Shown: piece by piece, positions 17,294-32,769 of the stretch
How positions within the stretch are numbered: position 1 is the first letter of the stretch
Layout: each line of letters opens with the position of its first letter
Assembly: GCF_009914755.1 (NCBI RefSeq)
Contig: NC_060927.1
Direction: 5' to 3' (one strand)
DNA from: the human T2T-CHM13v2.0 reference genome, Homo sapiens
Length of the DNA: 64,000 bases
Program-made: the position numbers and the translations under genes
Notes under the pieces: generated by a model
What the model was told of the DNA's origin: nothing
Seen by the model: the letters and a program-made list of their open reading frames with translations, nothing else
Databases searched by the model: none

Positions 17294-17420
17294 GCCGCCT
17301 GTGCCAATGGGGCATTCTAAACTCTTCTCATGTGGGGTCCTCAGGTAGGTGGAGCCCCAGCTCCAAGCCATGCCTCTGTATCTCTCAGAAATAAATTCAA
17401 GCAAATGCTGCTAAAAGCCG

Positions 17421-17675
17421 GGCCGGGCGTGGTGAATCCCAGCACTTTGGGAGGCCGAGGCAGGCGGATCAGTTGAAGTCAGGAGTTCAAGACCAGCCTG
17501 GCCAACATGGCAAAACCCCATCTCTACTAAAAATACAAAAAATTAGCCGGGTGTGGTGGCACATGCCTGTAGTCCCAGCTACTTGGGAGGCTGAGGCGGG
17601 AGAATTGCTTGAACCCGGGAGGCAGAGGTTGCTCTGAGCCAAGAGGTTGCCACATTGCCTGGGCAACAGAGTCTC
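17421..17675 (+). mobile_element. Alu with internal deletions and no poly(A)
   Basis: Alu dimer sequence. Confidence 0.9.
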
Positions 17676-18498
17676 AGTCTAAATGCATGTTCCATTAAAC
17701 ATATTATTGGCATAGAAATATCAGTGTTCTAGATCCTGGGACTTTGAATTTAACATAATCTTCAATTTCACTCCCCTCAAATTCACTCCCCTCAAATATA
17801 ACAGAAAGAAAAAGGTATTTCTTGTTTTTTCCTTGCTCAGACTGCAAAAGAGTAAAATGTGGCAGCAGAGCCCACTGAATCCCCTGGGAAAAGGCAATTC
17901 CAGAAGCTCTCAAAGAAGAACAGCTGCTTGTCTAATTTGTACTTATATAATGCTTCCTCGAAATCACACAAACGATGCGGTGAAGGTTTGGGACATCTCG
18001 GCTAACTGATTTCATGCATAAAGTTTTAAAAGAGCAGTTATCAAAATAATGTACCTCCTGGCACGACGGGCTGAGAAAAGCACCGCTTCACTGCCGCAGG
18101 CGTCTTGCCACACAAACCCAAACTGAGAGACATTGTACAACATAACCAGCGAGAGTGTCAAGGTCGTGAGCGAAAAAGACTGAAGACCTGTCCCCGGCAG
18201 GAAGAAACTAAAAACACATGACACCTCCGAGCCATGTGGGATTTGGGATTCGATCCTGGACCAGAAAAAGGTCCATCAGCAGCCACTTGGCAACACTGGA
18301 ATAAGGTCTGTAGACTAGTTAATAGTATTCTATCAATGGTAATTTCCTGATTTTGATCATTGCAGTATGGTTTTGTAAGATGTTAACATTTAGGGAAGTT
18401 AGCTGAAGGGGATCCAGAAACCCTTTCCAACGATTTTTGCAACTTTTGTATAAGTCCAAAGTTATTTCAAAATAAAAAGGGTTTTAAGAAGTGGTTAT

Positions 18499-18926
<428 letters not shown>

Positions 18927-19004
18927 CTACACTGTCCATGTGTGAAAACCTCTGCCTGCTCAGAAAGTGTCCCCTCAAGGCCACCACCACCTCTGGTTGC
19001 TTAC

Positions 19005-19087
19005 CTTGCTCCATTTTCTCTATCACAGGCACTTAGGGTTTTTCCTGGGAGCCGTGACAGGGGTCTGGAGAGGCGGGTGGCCAGCAT
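19005..19087 (-). CDS. BDH1: BDH1 first coding exon ([28 protein letters not shown]), mitochondrial targeting peptide
   Basis: ATG at 19087 in context GCTACCATGC; 83 nt to donor AAG|GTAAG; Arg/Leu/Ser-rich presequence; in frame with the 6133-6205 exon. Confidence 0.96.
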
Positions 19088-19130
19088 GGTAGCAACGGGT
19101 GTTAGAATGGCCCAGTTCCTCCCGGTGGTT
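19088..19130 (-). other. BDH1: 43-nt 5' UTR part of the BDH1 start-codon exon
   Basis: Acceptor TTTATGTTTCAG|AACC at 19131/19130. Confidence 0.9.
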
Positions 19131-21205
19131 CTGAAACATAAATGCACCCTCAGCATTACTTTGTTGCCTTCCGGGCTTTAATCAGGAGCAGTCATGTTCC
19201 TTTCAGGTTGTGAAAGTCAAACTGGGCTGCATCTGTTCCACCCAGCTCCAGTCCTGGTACCACCAGGTAGTCCACTCTGGTTCCTCTCTCAAGCTGCAGC
19301 TTCACAATGGAAAGAGTCAGGAGCCAGGGTGCCTGGAAGCCTGGGTTCTGGCTCTAGCTGTGCCACCAAACACACTGGGCAACCCTGGGCAAGTCATCAC
19401 CCATTCATAATGTGAGCAGGTTGGCCCAGATCAGTGATCCTCAAACCCGCCAACCACTGGGAGACTCGGGGACCTAACCCCTCAGGGATTCTGACTCGGT
19501 AAGTCCTATTCCTCTAACCTGCTGAAACACCCACCTGTGGTGCCCCAGGGCATCAGCCTTCATTCCTGAGGTGCCCACCTGCCCCTGCAGGCAGCTTGTC
19601 CTCATGCCACATAGCATCTGACTCAGCCGTCCACCTCTTTCCCCCATGCGAACAAACAAGGGGGCTCTGGCTCTGAGGCTGAATTAATCAGTAATTCATT
19701 ATAGCATAGAGTTTGGAGCTGCCAAATAAGAGACTCTTGTAATTAACACACACACACACACCCTCCCCGCTCCCTCACCATTTGAGGTTAAAGCAACCTT
19801 ATTGCAACAAGAATCTCTTGGTAACACCTTAAGGCTGCTAGGCACCACGACTCTTCAGCATTATTGACCGCTGATCAGCACGGGCATGCGTTGCCCTCCT
19901 GTTCTGTTAATAGTGATTCCTCCAGGCCTAAGGGAAGGAAGGCGGGCTGGTAAATGGGTTCCAGCCTCTCCTTTGCCTACCTGGCTGTAGTCTGTCATAC
20001 TGTTCCTGGTAATAAGGTACTGCCTGGGAGGCTCCTCCCCTGCCTGTTTGCTGCCACCCCAAACCTTACTGATAACCAGCCACCTGGGCCCAGAGGTCAG
20101 CAGTGTTAACTGAGCAACCACTGCCATGCACTCTGCTGGAAGCAGGTGGAGGCGTTTAATCTGTTTAATCCTCAGGAAAGGAAAGCAGGCAGAAACCTCT
20201 CTGGTGTTACCTTTCCAGAACTACAGTAAACTCTCGCTTGTACTCCTGCCCCTATTTGCCACACCCCCATTCTCAGCACAGCAGCCCAAGAAACCTTTTT
20301 AACACCGGTCAAGCTATGCGACTTCCGTGTTTAAAGCCAACTTTCCATGCCCGTGGGGGCTGGCCTCTCCCTCCCTGGAGGCCCCTAGCTCACTGGGCCA
20401 CCCTCCTCTTTGCTCACTGCGTCGCAGCCACCACTGACTCCAAGAACTCCTTGCCCACGTGAGGGCGTTCCTGCCTCAGAGTACCGGCTCCTGCTCTGCC
20501 CTCATCCTGGATGCTGAGTCCTCTGTCTCCCTCACTAAAGTGGCTCCCATTCAACACACAGGTTGCTCTCTGTAAGATCACTCTCATAGCAGCTACCTTA
20601 ATTCAAAATTATGTTTATTTACTTTATCTTCTACTAGATCCTAAGCTCAGTGACACCAGGAATCCTCTCCACCTGGTTCACCACCAAATCCTCAGTGCCT
20701 AGAACGAGCCTGACGCAAAGGAGGCACTCTGAGTCCCTGGGGAGTGGATGGGAGCTGAGCGGGCTCCCGCAGGGCAGTCTGGGGGTGGAAAGTCGGCCTG
20801 TGGCCACAAAAGAAGTTTCCATGGAAAGCTCCTTGCAGAGAGCAGCAGAATGGAGCCCAGACTGGCTTTTTATGGTTTTATGGAAGGTACAGGCCCACGT
20901 TGGCTCAGACTTTTTCATGAGGCACCCCCTCCCACCATCTAAGTACTGACCAGCTGGCTAAGCACACACATCTCTACCTCCTCCCTCCAAGACCCAGGAC
21001 CAGAGTCTGAGGTCACCATCACTGGGAAACTTCCCATCCAGTCATCTATAATTAAAGTCCTTTCCACCCCTTAGCTCAATGCCTGTGGCAGAAAATGCTT
21101 TAATATGATCTCCAAATAGACAGCTGCTTTCCATTTTGTTTTCCTTGAAGTCAGCCATATCTAAAAGTACTAAAGCCAAAATAATTAAAAGTGCATAAAA
21201 ACTCA

Positions 21206-21634
<429 letters not shown>

Positions 21635-23564
21635 TCAGGGTAGCTGTCTGCCATCTTCATGTTTTGTGCCAGGCCTTATTCTCTGTAAATATTAAGTTCT
21701 CAAACTTCACACACCACTTTCTTGCCTTTTAGTTTGGGAACAGAAATGGCTGTGGGAGGCGGGTGCTCAGTCTCCTCAGCCTTGAAAGTCAAGTAATTAG
21801 TTGCCCTGAGGTGACTGAGCACAGGGGGCTTGACTCCCAGGGACCAAACTCATAAGATACTGTCACAAAATCACGATGCTCACATATCAACCTGGAATCT
21901 TGGAGACATTTTTTAATGCTAGAAACACTTGGGGCTTCTCTCAAGGGCCCGCTCCACTGTCAAGGTATAACACATGGAAAGCACTCCTACTCCAGAAAAA
22001 AAGAAAACAGCGTGCGCATCCTTCCTCACTGCTGGGCTCACTGTGTTCCATTCCAACATGACCATCTTGCAGAGGTCACAGCTGGGGGCTTTCCTGTGAG
22101 GCAGCAGCAGGGGCTCCCCTCAAAGGGGCAGGCATTCCCAGTACTAACATTCTCAGCAGAGGCAAGGTATCCGCAGCAAACCGGGTCACACAAGGCAGGA
22201 AAGAGAACTCAGGTGTTTCTGGACATGAAGCCTACATGGGCCCTTGCCACTCCCAAGTGGGAGGCAAAGGTCCTGCCCCCGAGGAGGGCAAGCTGGGGTT
22301 ATGCAGGGAAACAGCCAATGCAGAGACCTCACACTGAAGAGCTTCAGACCAGCAAGTTTCTGTGTCAGCTTCCCAAATCCTACAACTGGCAGCCTACCTA
22401 AACATGTTCTACTTGGCTGATTTGTTTGGCCAGCCTGCTGTTTTAAAAAGCAGTGTAACTAGGCAGCTAAGCTATGCTTGAACTCAATACAAACAGTTTG
22501 TACTTACTATGTTAAAACTATCCATATCATCTTTGTTAATTGCCTGGACACTATGGGCATTTGAGTTTTGAGATTCCTGACCATATATATCTATATATGC
22601 ACTATAATCAAATAACTATTATATATATATTTGGCCATTCCTCTTCCGAACATTTCGTAGAGTCTTGCTTGAAAGTTCCAACCCAGCTCAGCTATACGTG
22701 GGAGCTTCCTTGAGGTCATGCAAACGGGAAACCTGACAAGTTCTCAAGCCCTCATTCAAAAAGACACCTAACATTCCTTAGAGAAGTAACCATTCTCAAA
22801 CAAAAGTCAGAAATAATTACACAGGAACATCAAGTGATATAGTAGACAGTGTTCTCACCACCACTGTATCATACATGCAGAGATGACACTCACATGGCTC
22901 GTTTCACAGGGACCTTCAATAAAAGCCAAGGGTCTAACATTAGGCACACCCAATGCAGACACCTTGATCGTCCTGAGAGACATTCCAGTCACCAGATTAG
23001 GCTTCGGTGGCGACCAGTTCTCCTCCGATAACACACCACATACACTCTGCAGTGACTACCTTTCGGGGGTCTGTCCTGCTCACCTGATGTCCCCTCCTCT
23101 CAGACCTGCCCCTCCCTCATAGGATTTGGCCTCTGCAGCTGCAGAGACTATGCTTTGGTCACGGAGGACTGAGCCAGGAAGAGACACCAGACCCAAGGTG
23201 AGCCCATTGTTCTGTCCCCTGGCACCGTGAGAGAATGCGAACCATGCTCTGTGGCGCAGGGCCATGCAATGGCGCTGCTGGAGGACGGCAGCTACACTCC
23301 ACTGGGCCCTGAAGCCACAGAGAGAGGGAGAAAGCCGATCTGCAGGGGGTGGGGGGATAAGATGCTCATGCAGAAAGCAGCAGGGGTGGAGGTGGAGGGA
23401 GGGAGGGAGAAAAGCAACAGCAGCAGCAGCCGCCTCCCATCTGCCCCCCAGCTCCAGAAGCCATGCTGTGCCTTTACAGTCTCTGTGTAATTTAAGCAGG
23501 CTGGACGTTTCTGCCACTTGCCACCAAATCAATAGTAGCTAAAACTGAAGGCAGAACACTATTA

Positions 23565-24340
23565 TTTTTAACTTTTTATTTTTATGGGTAGGTCGTAGTT
23601 CTATATATTTACGGGGTACTATTTTGATATAGGCATACAATGTGTAATAATCACCTGAGGGAAAATGGAGTATCCACCCCCTCAAGCATTTCTCCTTTGT
23701 GTTACAAACAATCCAATTATACTCTTTTAGTTATTTTTATATGTGCAATTAAATGATCATTGACTATAGTCGCTGTGTTATGCTAGCAAATACTAGTTCT
23801 TATTCATTCTCTTTAACTTTTTGGTACCCATTGACCATCCCATCTTCTCCCCACTGCACAGACCCTCACTACCTGTCCCAGCCTCTGGTAACCATCATTC
23901 TACTACATCTCCATGAGTTCAATTGTTTTAATTTTTAGCTCCTACAAATAAGTGAGAACATGCAAAGCTTGTCTTTCTGTGCCTGGCTTATTTCACTTAA
24001 CATAATGACCTCCAGTTCCATCCACGTTGTTGCAAATGACAGATCTCATTCTTTTTTTCTGGCTGAATACTACTCCATTGTGTATATGTACCACATTTTC
24101 TTTATCCATTTATCTGCTGATGGACAGTTAGGTTGCTTCCAAATCTTAGCTATTGTAAAAAGTGCTGGAACCAACATGGGAGTGCAGATATCTCTTCAAT
24201 ATACTGATTTCCTTCCTTTTGGGTATATACCCAGCAGTGGCACTGCTGGATCCTATGGTAGCTCTATTTTTTGTTTTTGGAGGAACCTACAAACTATTCT
24301 CTGTAGTGGTTGTACTAATTTACATTCCCACCAACAGCAT
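23565..24340 (-). mobile_element. L1MA-type 3' end
   Basis: AAATAAGTGAGAACATGC, TGGCTTATTTCACTTAACATAATGACCTCCAGTTCCATCC, TTTACATTCCCACCAACAG. Confidence 0.85.
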
Positions 24341-25561
24341 ATGAGGTGTATTAATTCTCAGTTTTGACCCCTGTTCTGAGAATGCCTCATTTATAATGAC
24401 CTTATAACGACACTGGAACCTGTGCTTCCCCCATTCCACTCCTCTTCTGTCCTTCCCCAAGACAAAGTGTTACCCGAGCTGTCAAAACTGCCATAATTAC
24501 AACTGCCAGATCAAGTGGGCATTTTTTCACTAGGAGAACAGGGCTTGCCTACCAAATTAAAGGCAGGCCACTAAACAACGGAGTCTCAGGACTCTGTTCT
24601 TGGTCTGTTCTCCGCACCATGACGAGCACTCATAGCTTTAAATACGATTCACATGCCGCCAACTCCCGAAGGTTGATCTCCAACCCAACCTTCTCCCCTG
24701 AACTCAGACAACTGCGCATCTAACATCTCCACTTGAATGTTTACTACGTATCTCAAATGCAACCTGTGCAAAACTGAGCCTGTGCTATTGTCCTGCAGAC
24801 CTGTTCCTCTAAATCTTCCTCATTCTTGACTCCCCTTTCCTGCACACTCCACGGCCCAGTGCTCGGCAAGTCCTATCAATGCCACCTTCACATATATCTA
24901 GGATCCTCCGCTACCAGCCTAGTCCAAGCCTTCATCCCTTCTTGCCTGGATTATTGCAGTAGCCTCCCAACTAGACTCTCCGCTTCCACTGTAGTTCCTC
25001 CAGATTCTGGTCAACACAGCCTGCAGGATCTTGCGGAACATAAATCAGATCATGTCACGCCTCACCAAACTCCTGCCAGAGTAAAAGCCAAAATCTAGAG
25101 TTTGCCTACAAGGCCCTCCATGTTCTGGGTCTCCATTGTCCCTCTGACCTCATTCCTACCTGGTTCACTGCACTTTGGTCACAGTGGCTTTCTTGCTGTC
25201 TTTGGAACATAGCAAGCCAGCTCCTGCTTCAGGGCCTTTGTCCTTACTGTTCCCTCTACCTAGAACACTCTTCCCTCAATATCCACAGTCCTTTACTAAA
25301 ATGTTTACTAAGACATTCTCTGGCCACCCCATCTATCCCACCCCAACCCTGACTATCCCCCTTCTCTGCTTCCATTTTTTCCTCCTCCTTGGCACTTTAT
25401 TACATTATAGCATTCTACATGTTGTACATATTTATCTTGTTTGTTGTTGTTCAGTCTCATTAGAATATAAGCTCTTTGAGAACAGGAATTTTTGTCTGTT
25501 TTGTTCACTGTTGTATCTCCAACATGTACAGCAGTGCCCTGCACACAACAGACACACAATA

Positions 25562-25871
<310 letters not shown>

Positions 25872-25892
25872 TAAATGAATTAAGAGAGTTTT

Positions 25893-26198
<306 letters not shown>

Positions 26199-27205
26199 TT
26201 AAGAAGAGGAGTGCCATTATCAGACTTACATTTTTAAAAAGGTAACTCTCACTGGGTTAATAAGTTGAGGATGGACTAGAGCAGAAGCAGGGAGACCCAT
26301 TAGGATCTGTGGCAGTAATCCAGGGCCACCATGTGCAGTCATGAGGGTTGTATATTGCACCACTGCAGTGAGATGTGAAAACGTGTTCCTTAGAAATGTA
26401 CACCAGCCTTGGTGAAAACCATGGAACTGATTAGAATTGGTAAGTCTGGCTTTATATTGAAGGTAGAGTCCGCTACCATTTACCAACAGATTGAGTGTAG
26501 GATATGAAAGAAGGAAGAATCAAAGCCATTTCCAAGATGTTTGGTCTAGGTGTAACAAATGACAGTAGTGCAAATGATTAAGCAGCCTTTCTATTCACAA
26601 GTGCTTACTGCATTTCAAACCCGAGGACACAAGCTGAGCCCCCGAGTCCTCACCTGGCTCCTCCAAACCGTATCTCCAACTATACTTTTCTCCTCTACTC
26701 ATTCAACCGTTTGCTACACCATCCCTCAACAAGCCCTGTACTTTCCAATTTTCGAGCCTTGCTCATCCTATACCAAACTGACTGCATCTGACCAAGTCCT
26801 AGCTGGTTCAGATAACTCTCCCGAGCAGCCTTTTCTAATCCCCTAATTCAAAAATCTTTCGCCCAATCTCCTCCCTTCTGTGCCTCTGTAACTGCACCTA
26901 CCTAGCCAGGGTCGTATTCGAGGGATTTCTGTTTATAAACATTCACAAGCCCCCATCCTACCACCAATCCCCACCCGGACTGTGAGCACCCTACAGACAA
27001 GACCCAAATGTTGAATCACTCTCTTCTTGCTCCTCCGAATATTTATTGTGTGACGCCTGACAGGAAGTAGAGGCTCTGTAAATGTGTATTGAGTGAATAT
27101 GAAAGCTTCACAAATTTCAAGGGTCAGCTTCCTTGGCGGCCAGGGATATATACGCCCTATGCAGAGCCCGGCTCCAACGCCTCTTGTAGAAAGAAGGACA
27201 CTGAC

Positions 27206-27357
27206 CAGGACATTTGCAGCGTCACAAAAGATCCTGTCAGCGCGAGGCCTGCAGGCGGCCCTCCATAGTGAAATATGTGCTTCTGCAACCCCTCAAAGTA
27301 GGAACTGCAGGGTGACTCTGCATCAGCTGACTACAGGCAGATTTCCAGGCTGACTGG
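27206..27357 (-). other. BDH1: BDH1 non-coding 5' UTR exon (~152 nt)
   Basis: Acceptor T-tract-CTTTTCCAG at 27358; donor CTG|GTCAGT at 27205; between the CpG island and the ATG exon. Confidence 0.75.
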
Positions 27358-27374
27358 CTGGAAAAGAAAAAAAA

Positions 27375-28910
27375 AAAACGCGGAGTTCGACGCCGCGCGC
27401 AGCACCAAACACTTCCCCAGAAGGGCGCAGCCTGGAGGCGGCCGCGCGCAGGACGCACGCCCAAGGCGCCTGGGCCGCTAGGGACCGACCGGAGCGCTCA
27501 AACCCACAGGGTATCTATCAGGCGCGCGTCAGCACGTAAGCAGAGCGCGAGAACGCCCGAGACGGCGGCGCAGCCAATCCCAGAGCAGCGCTCCCCAACG
27601 GCCGGCCGGAGGGCGGGGAGAGAGGGGGGCTCGGCCAGAGCCACGCTTCCCATTGGTTGAGACAGCACCGCCCAGCCAAAGCCCCCTTGTCCTCGCGCGG
27701 GTGCGCCGCCTGGACTCCCACCCTGGCCAGTCCCGGGCCCACCACCACTCTGGCATCCCCAGCCTGTCCCCGCGGCTCCTCCTCCTTCCCCGGCCCTGTG
27801 GCCTGCCTGCTGTCCAGCATTCTTCCCCAGGGCGCTGTGGCGCGGAGGGAGGACTCCCCAAACCCCGGGAACAGAGCCTTGCGGAGGACCCCGGAGGAGG
27901 AGGAGGAGGAGGGACGCGGACGGGACTGGGAGATTCGGTCGGGAAGGGGACAGGGCCTAGAGCCCGGGGCTAGAAGGCAGGACACCTGGCTTCGGTCTGG
28001 GCTCGGCCTTTGACTACGACGTGACCTTGAGGACGGTTCCTTCCCTTCGTGGGGCCTGGGTCCCCTTCAGTAAGATGCGCCGGCAGGAAACGATGAGTCG
28101 TTTCACCTGGGAGCTGCAGGGCCGCGTGTTTAACCCAGGGCCTCCTCCTGCCTGGCACATTATTCCGAATAATAAATGCCAGATCATGCTGCTGGAGACG
28201 CCGGCAGAAAAGCCGAGAGGGAGACTCCCTGGGGTCTGGGCGCGATCGGCCATCCTACCCTTACCCCGCTGCGGCCGCAGGGCTCGGCCTGTAGGGCGCG
28301 AGCCCCCCTTCCCCACCCGTATCCCGGCTTCGGAGCTAAAGGAACACGTGAGGCCGAACCAAACCGAGTAGAGGGCGCCAGGGAATCCCGCCCGAGCTGC
28401 AGAGACGCGGACCCCTCCTCTTACCCAAAACCAAATGGGCAGGGGGCTCCGCTGCAGAGGGCTCGCCGAGGCTCTCGCCTTCACCCGGCGCCGCGCAGGT
28501 GCCCGCTCTCCTGCGGGGAGAGCCGAGGGGGGGCGCTGCCGCAGGGTCTTTCTGGAAGCCCCTCCACCAGCACTCCTGCGGCCTGCGGCCTCCGCCACCC
28601 GGACGCTTCTACACGCGAAGCGCGCGCTGGGGCTACGCTGGGCGGGGCTCACGGCGGCGTGGCTGTCGGGGGGCCGCCGAGCCGCCTCCTCCGCGCTGGG
28701 TGCCCGGCTGGCGCTCCTCCCGCCCAAGGTGCCCTGATCGCTAGGCTCCCGGTGCGGCCGTCTCGCCCCTAAGCCGGGCGCCAGATCCCCCGCCGCCTTC
28801 TCGCTCCCCGACCGCTGGGCGGGGGCGAGGGCCAGGGAGATGGAGCCAGGTGCGGAAAGGGTTGCAGCCTCGCGGGCTGAGGCCGGAGGGTGAAGGCGCC
28901 GCTCCTTGAA
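27375..28910. promoter_or_regulatory. BDH1: CpG island / main BDH1 promoter
   Basis: Very high GC and CpG density; CCAAT boxes (~27574, reverse ~27652); GC boxes; ERR element TGACCTTGA at 28022-28030. Confidence 0.92.
28425..28600 (-). other. BDH1: Probable BDH1 non-coding first exon (5' end approximate)
   Basis: Donor TGG|GTAAGAG at 28424 inside the CpG island, GC boxes further upstream. Confidence 0.65.
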
Positions 28911-29013
28911 GTGAGGAAAACTCCGGTGAGGAAGAGGCTCTTTCCAGGTCCTGTGCGTGTTGCTGTCTTTAGAGCTCATTAGGGTTGGTTGGTTTTTAAA
29001 TTTCTTTTGATCA

Positions 29014-29358
<345 letters not shown>

Positions 29359-29539
29359 TTAAGAATAGCAGTTTCCCAGAGTTTTAATAATAGAACAACG
29401 GAGGGCCATCGGCCACAGATAAGGGTTTCCTCCCAACCCCACCCCACTGCGCTATCGCCCTGCGCCAGCACACCTCAGTTTCCAGGATGAGAAACAGGCT
29501 GAGGAGAGAAGACACCAGGACACATTAGTGGCGAAGCTA

Positions 29540-29978
29540 CGCGAAAGGAAAATAAACCTTGGGGCCCCCAAATCACTAGGCTAAAGGGGAAAGTCAAGCT
29601 GGGAACGGCTTAGGGCCAACCTGCCCCCATTCTACTCAAAATCACCCCCTGCTCACTGAGATAAATGCATATCTGATTCCCCCTTTGGAGAGGCTCATCA
29701 GAAACTCGAAAGAATGCGACCATTTGTCTCTCATCTACCTATAACCTGGGGGCTCCCTCCTTGCTTCGAGTTGTCCCACCTTTCCAGACTGAGCCAATGT
29801 TCATCTTACATATGTTGATTGATGTCTCATGTCTCCCTAAAATGTATAAAACCGAGCTGTGTCCCAACCACCTTAGGCACATGTCAGGACTTCCTGAGGC
29901 CATTTCACTTGCGTGCATTCTTAACTTTGGGAAAATAAACTTCCTAAATTGATCTGGCTCAGATTTTGGGGGTTCACA
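29540..29978 (+). mobile_element. MER4A-type solo LTR
   Basis: CGCGAAAGGAAAATAAACCTTGGGGCCCC ... GGGTTCACA; homologous to LTRs at 33346 and 39904. Confidence 0.88.
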
Positions 29979-30106
29979 ACTATGTTTAGGTAAAGTACAG
30001 AGAAGGAATGAATAGAATGAAGAGAATGAATGAAACTTGCAAATACAGGAAGATGAAAACAGGAGGAGGGAAGTACTGGCATGATGAAGATTTAAAGAAA
30101 ACTGTA

Positions 30107-30480
<374 letters not shown>

Positions 30481-31643
30481 TCAGGAAGGGAGGATGCACT
30501 TAGTTTTCTGTTCCCGTTTCACAGATAGACTCAAGCCTGGATTTGCTCCAGTGACGGTGTTTCAGAACATTAGGCATATAGTACCACAGGGTTAAAAATA
30601 AATCACTATACTAAAATTACGCCTTGAGGATTATGCTTTGCTAGAAAAGTAGTTAAAGGAAGAATTCTTCTTTACCCCAAGGGAAAAAACATAGATCCTG
30701 ACTCTGAGAATTAAACTGAATTGTAGTCCTATTTGCATAAGACAGAAAAGGACATTTGACCTTTCTGAGGTTGTATTACACATCTGGCCTTACATCTTCC
30801 CAGCCCAGCTTTGCTGTGACAACCAGGTATGAACAGGTGTAACCTGAGAGCACCTTGCCTCAGCTGCACCTGGTATTCTGCGTCTCTGGCACTGCAACCT
30901 GGGACCCTTGCAGGAATCCGCTGTCCACTCTGACACATGAGTAAACCTGGAAGTGCAAAGGAACACCTCAAAGGACAAACTTTGACCAAAGGGCAGGCAG
31001 GAACTGCAGGAAAAATACTCTGCTCTTCCAGTCTTCCAGTGGGCAATTCTGAGATATGTTCTATGCAGCTCCTAAAATGATAGCATTCTGTTTGCCCATA
31101 GTAGTGACCGACTTGATCAACTCACGAATACACCCTTGGATGCCATTCTCTTTCCCTCCTTCCCTATTTGACTCTTCCCAGCCCTCCCCTCCAATTCCTT
31201 GGGATTTTGTTATGTAGCTTTAAATGATTCCGAACACTTTCACTTTTCTGTGAGAGTGATATTGTTTTACTGTGATTAGAACATGCAGGGAACTCTCCCT
31301 AGCCAAGGGAATGTCATGTCACACCTTATCAGACCCCGCATGGGAGCTACTGACCTCAACCACTGGACTCCAAACACATAGAAACCCAGGATTTTGACAG
31401 ACGCTTGGAGAGCTTAGGATGTGGCGAGGCCACTCTCTGGAAGCCTTGAAGCTGTTTTTGAAGCCTTGTCTCACAACACTGGCACCGCTCTCTAGCAGCA
31501 AGAGACCTCACGTATCTTCATGGATCTCCATTGTATTAGTCAAGCTGTCCCTCCCGAGAACCTCTCCTAGAAAGTAGTGCCTCAAACTCTGATTGGACTT
31601 TGCATCCACAAAAGCCTGCTTTCCATCCTAAGTGGGCAATTGA

Positions 31644-32001
<358 letters not shown>

Positions 32002-32769
32002 TAATGTACCTTGTCTGTTGAGTGTATCCCCTGTGAGATTTGTTCTCATTATTCTCCCCCTTTTTAAGAATTGTGAAAAAGAAAGACCTCTTTGTATGGC
32101 AATAAACTGTGTGATTCATGAACTCATACTTTGATCTTCTCCTTATTTTAACCATACAAAACAGATTCATTCCCCAAATAAACTACCTATACACAAGTCC
32201 TTGCTCAGGCTCTGCTATTTGGGGGAACCCAGATTAAGCCAATGGTTAACCCAAAAGAGACATCTCAGCTTATCTTTCCCAACCCTGCTAAGGAAGAATT
32301 TATTTGTTTGGTTTGTGCTTTTTCTCCTTTATTTCCCAAAGGCCCTGCCCCTTAGGGCATCACGAGTGAACTCTGACACAGATAGTAGCAAGAGACTCCC
32401 AGGAGAAAGGGCCAACTGAGGAGTTGGGACTGGGTTAAGGGGTCAGACAAAGCCATTCTCAGCCCCACCTTCAACCTTTCCCCACCTTCTACCGTTCTGG
32501 TTGTTGACTTTGGAACTGGAGAAACATTCGGCTGTGAGGTTGAACACAGACAGTCTGTGGAAATCAGGTCACTCCCAACACTGCATGCACCAAGATTCTC
32601 TCTCCCTCCCCCTACTGTAAAACCACCTCCTCTCTGTTCAGGTACAAGGCCTCAGGCCAGGGTATTCAGCACTCAGCACACTCTCCTCAACCCAGGGAGG
32701 TACTGTTTGCAAATTAGCACGTTAGTTTTGGGAGGGAAACAGTCCTTAGTCCCTGCCTTCAAGGAGGTG

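Noticed and set aside
28014-28979. 321-aa minus-strand ORF and overlapping 100-198 aa ORFs
   Set aside because: Expected stop-codon depletion in a GC-rich CpG island; low-complexity Ala/Arg/Pro/Gly, no recognisable domain
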